DNA of 64,000 nucleotides from Acidimicrobiales bacterium (lineage in GTDB: Bacteria; Actinomycetota; Acidimicrobiia; Acidimicrobiales; SZUA-35): contig JAHDCC010000006.1 in the NCBI GenBank assembly GCA_020630065.1, forward strand, positions 61,695 to 125,694. Reading direction: 5' to 3'. Shown one piece after another: positions 37,832-47,013 of this stretch (position 1 is the stretch's first letter; each line of letters begins with the position of its first letter). Below the pieces are notes generated by a model that worked only from the letters and a program-made list of their open reading frames with translations, was not told the DNA's origin and did no database searches. The position numbers and the translations under genes were made by a program.

Positions 37832-40486
37832 GTGGCCGATCTTGAACTCGAGGCGAAAATGCCGACGAGGACTTGTATGGATAAGTCTGAGGGTGACACA
37901 GCCGAGCACGTTCGGCTTAACGTCGATCGGCGTGCTTGGCTTCAATGGGGGCCCTACGTTGCGGAACGAGCGTGGGGAACTGTTCGCGAAGACTACAGCC
38001 ACGATGGTGAAGTCTGGTCTCATTTTCCGTTCGACCATGCACGATCGAGAGCGTTCCGCTGGAACGAAGACGGCCTGGCCGCTATTTGTGATGAAGACCA
38101 ACGGCTATGTTTCGGGTTTGCCTTCTGGAACGGACGGGACCCGTTTCTAAAAGAACGCCTCTTCGGCCTCGACGGGTCCGAAGGTAATCATGGTGAAGAC
38201 GCCAAAGAATGTTGGTGGCATCTTGACGCCACACCAACTGCCTCATACCTCAAATGGGCGTACGCATACCCTCAACAAGAGTTCCCGTACGACGAGTTGC
38301 GTCAAGTCAACGAAGACAGGAACCGGCTTCAGCCCGAGTACGAACTTGAGGACACGTCTGCTTTCGACCAGGATCGTTACTGGGACATCGTCGTCGAATA
38401 CGCCAAAAAATCTCCAACCGAAATTTGTGTCGCCGTCAAGGTCACCAACGCCGGGCCCGACATCGAGACGATTCATATCCTCCCGCATCTTTGGCATCGC
38501 AACACTTGGAGCTACGACCCGGTAGCCGCAGCAAAGGTGATCACCGAAGACGACGGCGCCCTGGTCACAACCGACGGACGTAGCCATCAGATGCGTCTCA
38601 CCGGCGTCGAAGACGGGAGCGAAAAACCGACGCCGCTCTTTTGTGACAACGAAACAAACGTCGAACTGATCTGGGACGATGTCGGAACGTCACCTTTCCC
38701 CAAAGACGGAATAAATGACCATGTGGTTGAGGGGGCGGCGACCGTCAACCCGCAACAAACAGGTTCGAAAGCCGCGCTTTGGTATCAGCGGAAAATCGCC
38801 CCAGGCGAACACCTAACTCTACGGTTCGTTTTGTCTTCCAACGAACGTCCGATGAACGCTCACGAAGTCGACGATGTGCTGAGAAGTCGCCGGACCGACG
38901 CCGACGATTTCTACCAAAACGTTATTCCGTCAAAAACCAGCGACGACGACCGGGCCATAGCGCGACAAGCGTTAGCGGGACTGGTATGGGGAAAGCAATA
39001 CTACGCCTACGACGTTGAACGCTGGGTTGACGGTGATGACCCAAACCCGCCACCTCCACCCGGTCGAGGTGAAATTCGAAACGGAGAGTGGTGGCATCAC
39101 GACGCAGCCGACATTATTTCCATGCCGGACTCGTGGGAGTACCCCTGGTACGCCGCGTGGGATTTAGCCTTTCACTGCATTCCGATAGCCCACATCGACC
39201 CACAGTTCGCCAAAGACCAGCTAGCTCTAATGTGTGGCCCCCGGTACATGCACCCCAACGGTCAGCTGCCTGCCTATGAATGGTCGTTGGGTGATGTGAA
39301 CCCACCGGTTCATGCCATGGCGGCCCTCGAAGTCTATGAGATAGACGGGCGTCAAGATCTCGAGTTCTTGGCCCACATCTTCCACAAGCTTCTCCTCAAT
39401 TTCACGTGGTGGGTGAATCGTAAAGACGCCAACGGGCACAACGTTTTCGAAGGCGGCTTTTTGGGTTTGGACAATATCGGCCCGCTGGACCGGTCTGAAG
39501 GGTTACCGCATGGGTACACCCTCGAACAGTCCGACGCTACGGCATGGATGGCCGGGTATGCGCTTCATATGTTGGAAATTGCGTTAGAGCTGACCAGCCA
39601 GTCAACGATCTATGAAGACATGGCGATCAAGTTCTTCGACCATTTTGCCTATGTCGCGACCGCGATGCACGACCGCGGTTTGTGGGACGACACCGACGGA
39701 TTCTACTACGACATGATGCGCGGCAAAGGTCGTGACATACCGTTGAAGGTTCGTTCAATGGTCGGTCTTTTGCCGTTGTCGGCCTGTGGTCTGTTGGAAA
39801 CGAGACGGTTGTTGGAACCGTCAGCGTTCGCCGACCATGTGCTCGATTTTGTCACCAGTCGCCAACGGTACGCCCAACACATCATGGCGTCAAAGTTAGA
39901 TATCGAATCGTCGTCGATCCTGTTGTCGCTGGCCAACGTCGATCGGATGAAGCGGGTTCTTTCCGTCATGTTAGACACAGACGAGTTCTTGTCGCCGTTC
40001 GGCATTAGGTCACTTTCGGCGGCCCATCGAGAATCTCCGTTTGATCTGTATGTTGCCAATACCCACTTTTCGGTGGGTTACGAACCAGGGGAATCTCAAA
40101 CCCCGTTGTTTGGTGGTAATTCGAATTGGCGGGGTCCGATCTGGTTCCCCGTGAACTACATGATGGTGACCGCGTTGGGCAGGTACGCCAGGTACGGAGG
40201 GTCGGATTTAGTAGTCGACTTTCCGGTCGGGTCAGGTCGGCAGGTTCGACTCGAAGACGTGGCCGGTGAGGTGGCAGATCGGCTCGTGGCTCTGTTTCGG
40301 CCCAACGACTCTGGTGTCCGCCCATATATGGCTGGGTCAAACAATCGGTGGCCTGAACGGTTGTTGTTTCATGAGTACTTTGACGGTGACACGGGACGAG
40401 GGTTAGGGGCGTCGCATCAAACCGGCTGGACCTCTCTTGTCGCCGACCTCATCATCCGCGGCGTTGCGACAACGAGTCGAACCTGA
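37832..40486 (+). CDS. GH63-like glucosidase (MGH1/mannosylglycerate-hydrolase-like)
   Basis: WLQWGPYVAERAWGTVREDYS..G..W.HFPFDHARSRAFRWNEDGL..ICD..QRLCF.FAFWNG.DP.LKERLFGL...EGNHGEDAKE is characteristic of this roughly 880-aa family. The start is uncertain (GTG 37832 or ATG 37860/37877). Confidence 0.78.
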   Translation: MADLELEAKMPTRTCMDKSEGDTAEHVRLNVDRRAWLQWGPYVAERAWGTVREDYSHDGEVWSHFPFDHARSRAFRWNEDGLAAICDEDQRLCFGFAFWNGRDPFLKERLFGLDGSEGNHGEDAKECWWHLDATPTASYLKWAYAYPQQEFPYDELRQVNEDRNRLQPEYELEDTSAFDQDRYWDIVVEYAKKSPTEICVAVKVTNAGPDIETIHILPHLWHRNTWSYDPVAAAKVITEDDGALVTTDGRSHQMRLTGVEDGSEKPTPLFCDNETNVELIWDDVGTSPFPKDGINDHVVEGAATVNPQQTGSKAALWYQRKIAPGEHLTLRFVLSSNERPMNAHEVDDVLRSRRTDADDFYQNVIPSKTSDDDRAIARQALAGLVWGKQYYAYDVERWVDGDDPNPPPPPGRGEIRNGEWWHHDAADIISMPDSWEYPWYAAWDLAFHCIPIAHIDPQFAKDQLALMCGPRYMHPNGQLPAYEWSLGDVNPPVHAMAALEVYEIDGRQDLEFLAHIFHKLLLNFTWWVNRKDANGHNVFEGGFLGLDNIGPLDRSEGLPHGYTLEQSDATAWMAGYALHMLEIALELTSQSTIYEDMAIKFFDHFAYVATAMHDRGLWDDTDGFYYDMMRGKGRDIPLKVRSMVGLLPLSACGLLETRRLLEPSAFADHVLDFVTSRQRYAQHIMASKLDIESSSILLSLANVDRMKRVLSVMLDTDEFLSPFGIRSLSAAHRESPFDLYVANTHFSVGYEPGESQTPLFGGNSNWRGPIWFPVNYMMVTALGRYARYGGSDLVVDFPVGSGRQVRLEDVAGEVADRLVALFRPNDSGVRPYMAGSNNRWPERLLFHEYFDGDTGRGLGASHQTGWTSLVADLIIRGVATTSRT

Positions 40487-40775
40487 CGTACTCGTTGTCG
40501 GTTGGACGGCGAGGCACAAGATGCAGGATTTGTCTGCGGGTGACGTATCCAGGAACGGCACACCCTGTGCCTCACCTGTAAATTTGACGTAGCTCCTCGG
40601 GTTATCCATCCAGCTGGCCACCTACCTTAATGGAAATGAAACGGACAATAGACGGGAAGTCTGGGTCTCTATTCGAGTCGGTAATGCCCTCTGAGAGTAA
40701 CCGTATGGGCGTTAAACGGCCTGAGTGACTCCACCTTCAACCATTACCGAAGCTTTACGAAGATTCGGCGTAGAC

Positions 40776-40793
40776 AGATTTGTCGCGACAAAT
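40776..40793. promoter_or_regulatory. Perfect 18-bp palindrome upstream of the OmpA-like gene
   Basis: GATTTGTCGCGACAAATC lies 72 nt upstream of GTG 40865. Confidence 0.4.
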
Positions 40794-40864
40794 CAATTTA
40801 GTCAGGCGTCAGCAGCTTGTGGCATCGCCAAGGTTCCGCCAGTAGATATATCGGGAGGCTGTTA

Positions 40865-41893
40865 GTGAAACGTTCCTGGGCCGTAGTGCTCGCCGTGCTC
40901 GGAGTAGTAGATCTGATGGGTTGGGCCTATGTCCGGTCAATTCCAAGTATCGAAGCTGACCTAACGAAACGAAGCGAAGCACAGCTAGCGGCGGCCGACA
41001 TCAACGGTGTTTCGGTGCGATTTGACGGTCGGAACGGAACAGTGAGCGGGGCGAACGCCAACGCAGCTAAAGCCGAGATCAGTTCGGTGCGCGGCGCTCG
41101 ACAAGTTCGGGCCGATGTGCCAGAACCGGGCAACGCGTCGGTTGTGATGGAACGCGACGGCAGCATCATCCGGTTGACGGGAACGCTCGACAACCAAACC
41201 CGAAGCGAAGCGTTGATACGTGAAATAGAGGCGGCCGGGTTCGGAGTCGATGATTCCTTCACCATCGCCGGAAACGCCGATGGTTCACGTGTTGGCAGCC
41301 TCGTTCCCCTGATGGGTCCGTTGCTCGACGGAACCGACGACGGCGAACTGACGTTACAGGACGACACAGTCACCTTGACGGGCACCGCTTTTGATCCGGT
41401 CGAATACGACGAGATTGTGGCGGCCACTAAAAAAGTCAGGTCGGACACTATTCGGATCAAGAACGAAGTAAGGATCCTCGAATTGTCTGAAGACGAACAG
41501 ATCGTGGCTCTCGAAGCCGAGATTGAACAGATCTTTGAACTGGCCCGCGCCATCGAAGGCGAAAATCCCAACTTCGATGCAAGCGATGGCGAACTTAGCT
41601 CTCAGACGGCGGAAACCCTAGACCGGGTGACAGTCGCAATGCGCCGCTACCCATTACCGGCTGCCGACATTGTCGGACACACCGATTCGCAGGGAGCCGA
41701 CGACAAAAACCTGGAGCTAAGTCAAACAAGAGCAGACGCGGTGAAGGACTATCTGGTCGAGCGAGAGGTTGACGCAGCCCGGTTGACCGCCATTGGCCGT
41801 GGTGAAACCGAACCGATAGCAGACAACGACACAGAACGAGGCCGCGGTGAAAACCGAAGAGTCGACTTTATTGTTAAGAAAAGTGGAGACTAA
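40865..41893 (+). CDS. OmpA-family peptidoglycan-binding protein with an N-terminal TM anchor (ArfA/OmpATb-like architecture)
   Basis: GGGAGG Shine-Dalgarno then GTG 40865, TM AVVLAVLGVVDLMGW, and a C-terminal OmpA_C domain (VGHTDSQGADDKNLELSQTRADAVKDYL...GRGETEPIADNDTERGRGENRRVDFIV). Confidence 0.85.
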   Translation: MKRSWAVVLAVLGVVDLMGWAYVRSIPSIEADLTKRSEAQLAAADINGVSVRFDGRNGTVSGANANAAKAEISSVRGARQVRADVPEPGNASVVMERDGSIIRLTGTLDNQTRSEALIREIEAAGFGVDDSFTIAGNADGSRVGSLVPLMGPLLDGTDDGELTLQDDTVTLTGTAFDPVEYDEIVAATKKVRSDTIRIKNEVRILELSEDEQIVALEAEIEQIFELARAIEGENPNFDASDGELSSQTAETLDRVTVAMRRYPLPAADIVGHTDSQGADDKNLELSQTRADAVKDYLVEREVDAARLTAIGRGETEPIADNDTERGRGENRRVDFIVKKSGD

Positions 41894-41895
41894 AA

Positions 41896-42180
41896 ATGTG
41901 GTACGTATTAGGCGAGATAGCGCTGTTGCTGGTGTTAGCGCTCCTGCTTGGACTGTTTATCGGATGGCTGCTTTGGGGGCAGCGTCAACAGGTCGAGCAG
42001 TCGAACCTCTCCAAATCAAAACAAGTCAACCGACCAGGTAAGCCTGTTCTTGACCTGAACAAAGCCGAACGTCGTTCCATCAACCCTATGCCTCTTCCTG
42101 ACAGAGTCGAAGCCAGACAACGGGGCAAAGTAGTGAAGTCGGGGTACAACAGCGGCTTGTCGAACTACCGTCGGAGCTGA
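41896..42180 (+). CDS. Small single-TM membrane protein (ArfB/C-like position)
   Basis: MWYVLGEIALLLVLALLLGLFIGWLLWG starts 2 nt after the OmpA-like stop. Confidence 0.6.
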   Translation: MWYVLGEIALLLVLALLLGLFIGWLLWGQRQQVEQSNLSKSKQVNRPGKPVLDLNKAERRSINPMPLPDRVEARQRGKVVKSGYNSGLSNYRRS

Positions 42181-42241
42181 ACAGCCCTTTCGGGGTGTCA
42201 GGGCGCTTGTTCGTCCTGATAAAAACCAGTTTCGATGGCGT

Positions 42242-42317
42242 TTGACAAAGAACTAGCAGGTGATTTGACAAGGTTTCGACAAGTTCTGAACGAAACCGAA
42301 AATTGTGTGTTGACAAG
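42242..42317 (+). promoter_or_regulatory. Four phased TTGACAA-type motifs
   Basis: TTGACAAAG (42242), TTGACAAGG (42265), TCGACAAGT (42276) and TTGACAAGA (42310), spaced 23, 11 and 34 nt apart (about 2, 1 and 3 helical turns). Confidence 0.4.
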
Positions 42318-42490
42318 AGAAATAAGACAACACCCAGGTCCGGCTGTCGTCCATTGCTGAGGCTCGACTTGGTCTCGAACGGCTCGATCTTTGTAGCTTG
42401 CTGTCTGGAACTGCGTGGAATTGAGTGTTATTGTTCAGCTGATGACATAACGTCCCTGCAGGTAGCGGGACGTTCGGGGAAGGCCTAAAT

Positions 42491-42742
42491 ATGATCCGAA
42501 GACCGCTAATTTTGGGGTTCGCATTTGGTGTTTTTGCAGTCCTTTTGGCTCCACCGCCAGCCGAGGCACAGGCTTCTTTGGGGCTCAAAGCCGGTGTACC
42601 TGATCTCTCCGAAACGGTAATCGAAGTAGAAGACGAATCTCCTGTCGGGTTTTTCTGTAGATGGACTCCTTGGTGCGATCCGGAGGGAGAGCTGAACTCC
42701 CCGGGGCAACGTGAAATATCTGCCTACGTCGTTCAACCATAG
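42491..42742 (+). CDS. Small secreted protein (83 aa) with a C-x5-C motif
   Basis: Signal peptide MIRRPLILGFAFGVFAVLLAPPPAEA|QA. The mature part contains FFCRWTPWCDPEG. The 3' end overlaps the kinase GTG by 32 nt. Confidence 0.55.
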   Translation: MIRRPLILGFAFGVFAVLLAPPPAEAQASLGLKAGVPDLSETVIEVEDESPVGFFCRWTPWCDPEGELNSPGQREISAYVVQP

Positions 42743-43952
42743 AAAGAGCGTCACCCAAACCCACGGCAAGAACGTAGCCACGCTCGCCGCTTTTTGGGTT
42801 GTGGATCTGATCTTCTTCGATCCGACAGTTAGCGGTGGCGCCCTTCCCCGCTTGGTTTGGCCGTTGCTCGGTGCGGCAACTTTTGTTCCACTCTTTTGGC
42901 GGCACAAATACCCTTTGTTTGTGTACGCAGCGTCCATAGGCATAACAACGCTTCTGCAAGTTGGCGCAGTCGGTTACCGACCGATGGTTGCCGTGTGGGT
43001 GGGCTTGTACACGATTGCGTCGGTAAAAAATTGGCGCACGACCGCAGTCGCTGTCTCTGCGACTTTTGTGCCTGGTGCGTTTTTCGTGGCTGACGAGATT
43101 TTGCAAACTAACGAAGACGAGATCGTTACGGCTGTTATAGCCACGGTAGTAGGGCTCGCCGTAGTTGAAGTGTTCGTAGTTTTGGCTGGATGGCTAAAGC
43201 GCTCATACCGTCATCGCCTGCGTGACTTGTTGGGCCGCCAAGCCCACGAGCAACGACAAGCCGTAGCTGAGGAGCGTTCGCGGATTGCCCGAGAGTTGCA
43301 TGACATCGTCGCCCATTCCGTGTCACTAATGTCGTTGCAAGCTGCGGGCGCAGCGCGGGTTCTTCGTTCCGACCCGGAACGTAGCCAAAGATCTCTGGAA
43401 CAAGTTTCAGAGATCGGTGAGTCCGCTATCAGTGAACTTCATCGAATGCTCGAGTTCCTCGATGCCTCTGAAGAGTCGGTCGATGTAGAAGTGTTAACCG
43501 ACAACGTTATGGACCGTCTTGACGGGCTCCTTGACGGTTTCAGAAGTGCTGGTCTCCAGGTTGACTTGTTGGTTGACGGCACTCCAGCCGACTTGGACAT
43601 AAGTATCGGGAACACTGTTTATCGGGTAGTGCAAGAGGCGCTAACCAACGCTCTAAAACATGGATCTCGAAACGGTCGACCTGTAGCCGTTGGTTTGCGG
43701 TGGACCGAATCGGAGCTTACGATACAGGTCCGGAACGACCTTGGTGACGGCAAGAGTCGAAAGCCAGGTACCGGACGGGGCCTTAACGGCCTGATCGAAC
43801 GAGTGCATACGTTGGGCGGATCATTCGATGCCGAAATAGACTCCGGCCAGTTTGTCGTAACTGCCGTGGTGCCCGTCAGAGCGGCGGCAACGTTGCCGAC
43901 CATCGATCTAACCGATGACGACCAAGACAGCGAGCCGAGTTCCGTTGTCTGA
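42711..43952 (+). CDS. Sensor histidine kinase, HisKA_3 (NarL-partner) class
   Basis: About 5 N-terminal TM helices, H-box ERSRIARELHDIVAHSVS, N-box EALTNALKHG and G-box GTGRGLNGLIERV. Confidence 0.9.
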   Translation: MKYLPTSFNHRKSVTQTHGKNVATLAAFWVVDLIFFDPTVSGGALPRLVWPLLGAATFVPLFWRHKYPLFVYAASIGITTLLQVGAVGYRPMVAVWVGLYTIASVKNWRTTAVAVSATFVPGAFFVADEILQTNEDEIVTAVIATVVGLAVVEVFVVLAGWLKRSYRHRLRDLLGRQAHEQRQAVAEERSRIARELHDIVAHSVSLMSLQAAGAARVLRSDPERSQRSLEQVSEIGESAISELHRMLEFLDASEESVDVEVLTDNVMDRLDGLLDGFRSAGLQVDLLVDGTPADLDISIGNTVYRVVQEALTNALKHGSRNGRPVAVGLRWTESELTIQVRNDLGDGKSRKPGTGRGLNGLIERVHTLGGSFDAEIDSGQFVVTAVVPVRAAATLPTIDLTDDDQDSEPSSVV

Positions 43953-44631
43953 GCTGATCCGTGTGGTGGTTGTGGATGATGAGGCGCTCATCCGTGAGGG
44001 TATTTGTATGTTGTTATCCGATGAGGCTGACATCGAGGTGGTCGGTTCTGCCGGCGACGGTGCCTCTGCCATCTCGTTGGTTCGAGCAGAACAACCCGCA
44101 GTGGTTGTCATGGACATACGTATGCCTGAAATTGATGGCATGGAAACCACCCGACGGCTGCTGGCAGAAGAGTCGAACGACGTTGTGGTTCGGGTGCTTA
44201 TGTTGACAAGTTTTCATGAAAAGCGAGCCATTCACACTGCGCTGCGCAACGGCGCCTCGGGGTTCTTACTCAAGAGCGGAGCGCCGCGAAACCTAGCCGA
44301 AGCTATTCGCCACGTTGCGCAAGGAAACGCCTGGCTGGACCCGATCGTGACCCGCCAGCTGCTAGCCGACTTTGTTGACCGTTCCGACCCCGACCTGCCG
44401 ACGCCTGACGAGTTCGCTCGCCTAACGGCTCGCGAAAAAGAAGTGTTGCTGCTACTTGCACAAGGCTTAGGAACATCAGAAATTGTGCAGCATCTGACTA
44501 TCAGCGAAGCAACAGTCAAAACCCACATATCGAGGACTCTCCTCAAATTAGGTTTACGAGATCGGGCTCAAGCGGTCGCTGCTGCGTACCGAAGCGGTTT
44601 CGCCCAACCCGACACACCGCCCCTTCGGTAA
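43915..44631 (+). CDS. Response regulator, NarL/LuxR family
   Basis: Receiver domain (VVVVDDE...DIRMPEIDG...K) and LuxR HTH (LTAREKEVLLLLAQGLGTSEIVQHLTISEATVKTHISR). The start may be a few codons later. Confidence 0.92.
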   Translation: MTTKTASRVPLSELIRVVVVDDEALIREGICMLLSDEADIEVVGSAGDGASAISLVRAEQPAVVVMDIRMPEIDGMETTRRLLAEESNDVVVRVLMLTSFHEKRAIHTALRNGASGFLLKSGAPRNLAEAIRHVAQGNAWLDPIVTRQLLADFVDRSDPDLPTPDEFARLTAREKEVLLLLAQGLGTSEIVQHLTISEATVKTHISRTLLKLGLRDRAQAVAAAYRSGFAQPDTPPLR

Positions 44632-44799
44632 AAAGTACATCAAACGAGGTACCCAGGTGTCTGCGGTACCGCTTTTGACGTTGCACATAAACCAGTCGTA
44701 GGGCTGACGACTCCGCCGCCTCGGTGTTCGATAATCGTATTTGACGGCGTACTTCTAGGCCGGTCGATTGAAGAGAGCTCATATGAAAGGTAACCAGCG

Positions 44800-45399
44800 A
44801 TGCAATCTGCGAAGAAATATCTACATCTCCGAGACGGCGGCGACCTGCTTCGAATTGCGATGGTGTTGGCTCTCGTGCTCGGTGTTATTGCGACTCACGT
44901 CGTGATGCGTTCGAGCGCCGATCTTTCTCCTTGGAAAGGTGGCGGCTTTGGAATGTTCTCGACGATCGACTCCCCCGGAGATCGAATCTTGAAAATCCAG
45001 CTACACACCGATGCTGGTGTCGTCAACGTCGCTGCGCCTTCGCAGTTAGGCGACGAGGTTTCGTCTGTTCTGGCGGCGCCGTCGAAACAACGTCTAACCA
45101 ATTTCGCCGGTCAGGTGGCGAACCAGATTTGGGTGACCTCGCAGTTTGATATGGATGCTCTCGTCGCTGAAACCGATCCGGATTCGGCGGAGGCCATAAC
45201 CGACGCGTTAGTCCTAATCGCCGAGTCGGCCTCGGTGCAAGCAGTTGACGAGGAGCTGTTCGATCCTGAAGAACAACGCAAACTCGAAATTAGCAGGGTC
45301 GACGTGACCGTATATCGACTGGATGCGGTTGATGCGACAGACCTTCGACCCGTCGTGCTCGCCCAAACAACTATTTCGAACAACAGCAGAGAGGAATAA
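44800..45399 (+). CDS. Single-TM extracytoplasmic protein, hypothetical
   Basis: TM LRIAMVLALVLGVIATHVV, then SPWKGGGFGMFSTIDSPGDRILKIQL... I recognise no family. Confidence 0.6.
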   Translation: MQSAKKYLHLRDGGDLLRIAMVLALVLGVIATHVVMRSSADLSPWKGGGFGMFSTIDSPGDRILKIQLHTDAGVVNVAAPSQLGDEVSSVLAAPSKQRLTNFAGQVANQIWVTSQFDMDALVAETDPDSAEAITDALVLIAESASVQAVDEELFDPEEQRKLEISRVDVTVYRLDAVDATDLRPVVLAQTTISNNSREE

Positions 45400-45400
45400 C

Positions 45401-46360
45401 ATGACCACGTCACTAGTTACAACGCGGGTCTCGTCGGAGGCTTCTAGCCAACGAATAGACGGTTCGTCGACGCCCCGAACGGCGACAATCGGCTTAAAAC
45501 AAGTCATCTCTCGGTTGAACGAGTCAGACGTGCCGTTGATCCTTACCTTGTTCATTGCGGTGCTGGCGACAAGCTCGGCGTGGTATATCAATGTCCCAAT
45601 CGTTGCCGCAGCAATCGTTGGGCTTATTATCCCCGACCTGTTACAAAGGGCAGGTTTTTGGTACTCGATCGCCGCGGTTCTAGGGGCCGACGTGGCCGCT
45701 CACCAATGGAGTGTCGACAACCACCAGTACCTCATCGTCTATTGGTGTCTTGGGCTGGCTGTGGCAGCAGCCAGTAATGATCCCGAGAGGGTGCGGGCCG
45801 TGTTGGCCCGAAGCCTCATTGGGATCGTTTTTCTGTTCGCCACGTTCTGGAAGATCGTCTCGCCTGACTTTATGGACGGAACGTTCCTGACCTACACCAT
45901 ATTGACTGACCCAAGGTTCGATGAGATTGCTGCGGGACTTGGCGGCGTCCCATTGAGTGACTTGGCTGCAAACCGGGCTGCTCTTGGCGAGCTTAACGAC
46001 CCAAACGGCTCGATCCAAGCGCTTGAACTTCGGTCCACTCCACGGGTCGAACAAGTCGGACTGTTTCTGACTTGGGCAACAATCATGATCGAGGGGAGCA
46101 TCGCACTGATGTTCTTGCTGCCAGACCGTTTGTTGTCTCGTTGGCCAGTTCTGACTCGCCTACGCGATCCGCTGCTCATGCTGTTTGCCGCAGCTACCTA
46201 CGCGGTCGCGCCGGTAGTCGGTTTCGGTTGGGTGTTGCTGGCAATGGGTCTCACCCAACGTAGTAAGGGCGGCTCTGCGATTGCCGCTATCTACGTCGGA
46301 TTGTTCTTGGCGATTCTTGGCTTCACGGCTCCGTGGGCTGACATCGTCAGGATTACATAA
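45401..46360 (+). CDS. Polytopic membrane protein, possibly HTTM/SdpB-like
   Basis: ATG 45401 follows a GAGAGGAA Shine-Dalgarno and lies 1 nt after the upstream stop. It has about 7 TM helices. WSVDNHQYLIVYWCLGL and IVFLFATFWKIVSPDFMDGTFL recall HTTM-type helices, which is inference only. Confidence 0.65.
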   Translation: MTTSLVTTRVSSEASSQRIDGSSTPRTATIGLKQVISRLNESDVPLILTLFIAVLATSSAWYINVPIVAAAIVGLIIPDLLQRAGFWYSIAAVLGADVAAHQWSVDNHQYLIVYWCLGLAVAAASNDPERVRAVLARSLIGIVFLFATFWKIVSPDFMDGTFLTYTILTDPRFDEIAAGLGGVPLSDLAANRAALGELNDPNGSIQALELRSTPRVEQVGLFLTWATIMIEGSIALMFLLPDRLLSRWPVLTRLRDPLLMLFAAATYAVAPVVGFGWVLLAMGLTQRSKGGSAIAAIYVGLFLAILGFTAPWADIVRIT

Positions 46361-46390
46361 CCAACCAATACGAAAGAAAGGTATTGCACA

Positions 46391-46792
46391 ATGACATCAA
46401 CATCTAACACCAGTGACGTCGATGATCGCGAGCCACCAAGAAAGAAGAGTACTGTGCAGCGGTTAGCAGGGCTAGTTGCATTAACCGCTGTGTTCGGCAG
46501 CGTTTTTGTTGCTGCTACATCGGCACCCTCGGCGGCTGATTGGAGAGAAGAATGTGTCTTCGAGCGCTGCTCGGGCGGGGAAAAACAAGAACTATTCGAA
46601 GATTTCGACAATGAGTGCGTCGACGAGGGCTGCTGGGCCGAAGAGGTCGCCGAAATAGCTGGCGTAGGGTTGACTCGCTCCGGGAACTATACCGACCGCT
46701 CTCTGGTGAACAGCATGATGCGTGATTTTCAGAGACGTAGCAGCTACAACGTCTACGCGATCGAGATTAATCCCGGGCGGACCGGCTCATAG
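46391..46792 (+). CDS. Exported Cys-rich protein, paralog A (two C-x4-C pairs)
   Basis: Charged N-region, hydrophobic LAGLVALTAVFGSVFVAATSAPSAA|DW, then REECVFERCSGGEKQELF...NECVDEGCWAEEV. Shares GAAAGG spacing to the ATG with paralog B. Confidence 0.65.
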   Translation: MTSTSNTSDVDDREPPRKKSTVQRLAGLVALTAVFGSVFVAATSAPSAADWREECVFERCSGGEKQELFEDFDNECVDEGCWAEEVAEIAGVGLTRSGNYTDRSLVNSMMRDFQRRSSYNVYAIEINPGRTGS

Positions 46793-46915
46793 CACCAAGT
46801 TTGGCGAGCGATTCGGGAAGTAATCGACGAATCTAGCTCACTTTGCCATATGGCGGCATTCCATCCACTCGCAACTCGAGTGGTGGAGTGCTGTCAGAGA
46901 CGTCCAACGACACTA

Positions 46916-46977
46916 CCGCGGCTCATGCTGTTCGCCGCAACCACCTACGCAGTCGTTCCGGTAGTCGGTTTCGGTTG
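46916..46977 (+). pseudogene. Duplicated remnant of the 3' end of the 45401-46360 membrane-protein gene
   Basis: 55 of 62 nt are identical to 46169-46230 by manual alignment. It then joins directly to cataaccaaccaa, so about 124 nt present in copy 1 (46232-46355) are missing. Confidence 0.7.
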
Positions 46978-47013
46978 CATAACCAACCAACAACAAGTGA
47001 AAGGTATTACGCA

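Noticed and set aside
40640-40740. CTGAGAG-containing stretch that superficially recalls a TPP riboswitch core
   Set aside because: The other conserved TPP elements (the ACCUGAUCUGGAUAAUGCCAGCG-like pyrimidine-sensor helix) are absent on both strands, and the downstream genes are unrelated to thiamine.
44733-44744. 12-nt identity GTATTTGACGGC shared with 47567-47578
   Set aside because: Many identical 12-mer pairs are expected by chance in a 64-kb window. There is no extended similarity around the 44.7-kb copy.
46860-46910. Apparent protein-level similarity of the post-stop frame of paralog A (RVVECC) to the paralog B C-terminus (RVVGFSC)
   Set aside because: At the nucleotide level this stretch aligns instead with the non-coding hairpin arm downstream of paralog B (gagtggtggagtgctgtc vs gggtggtggaatgccgtc), so the amino-acid resemblance is coincidental.
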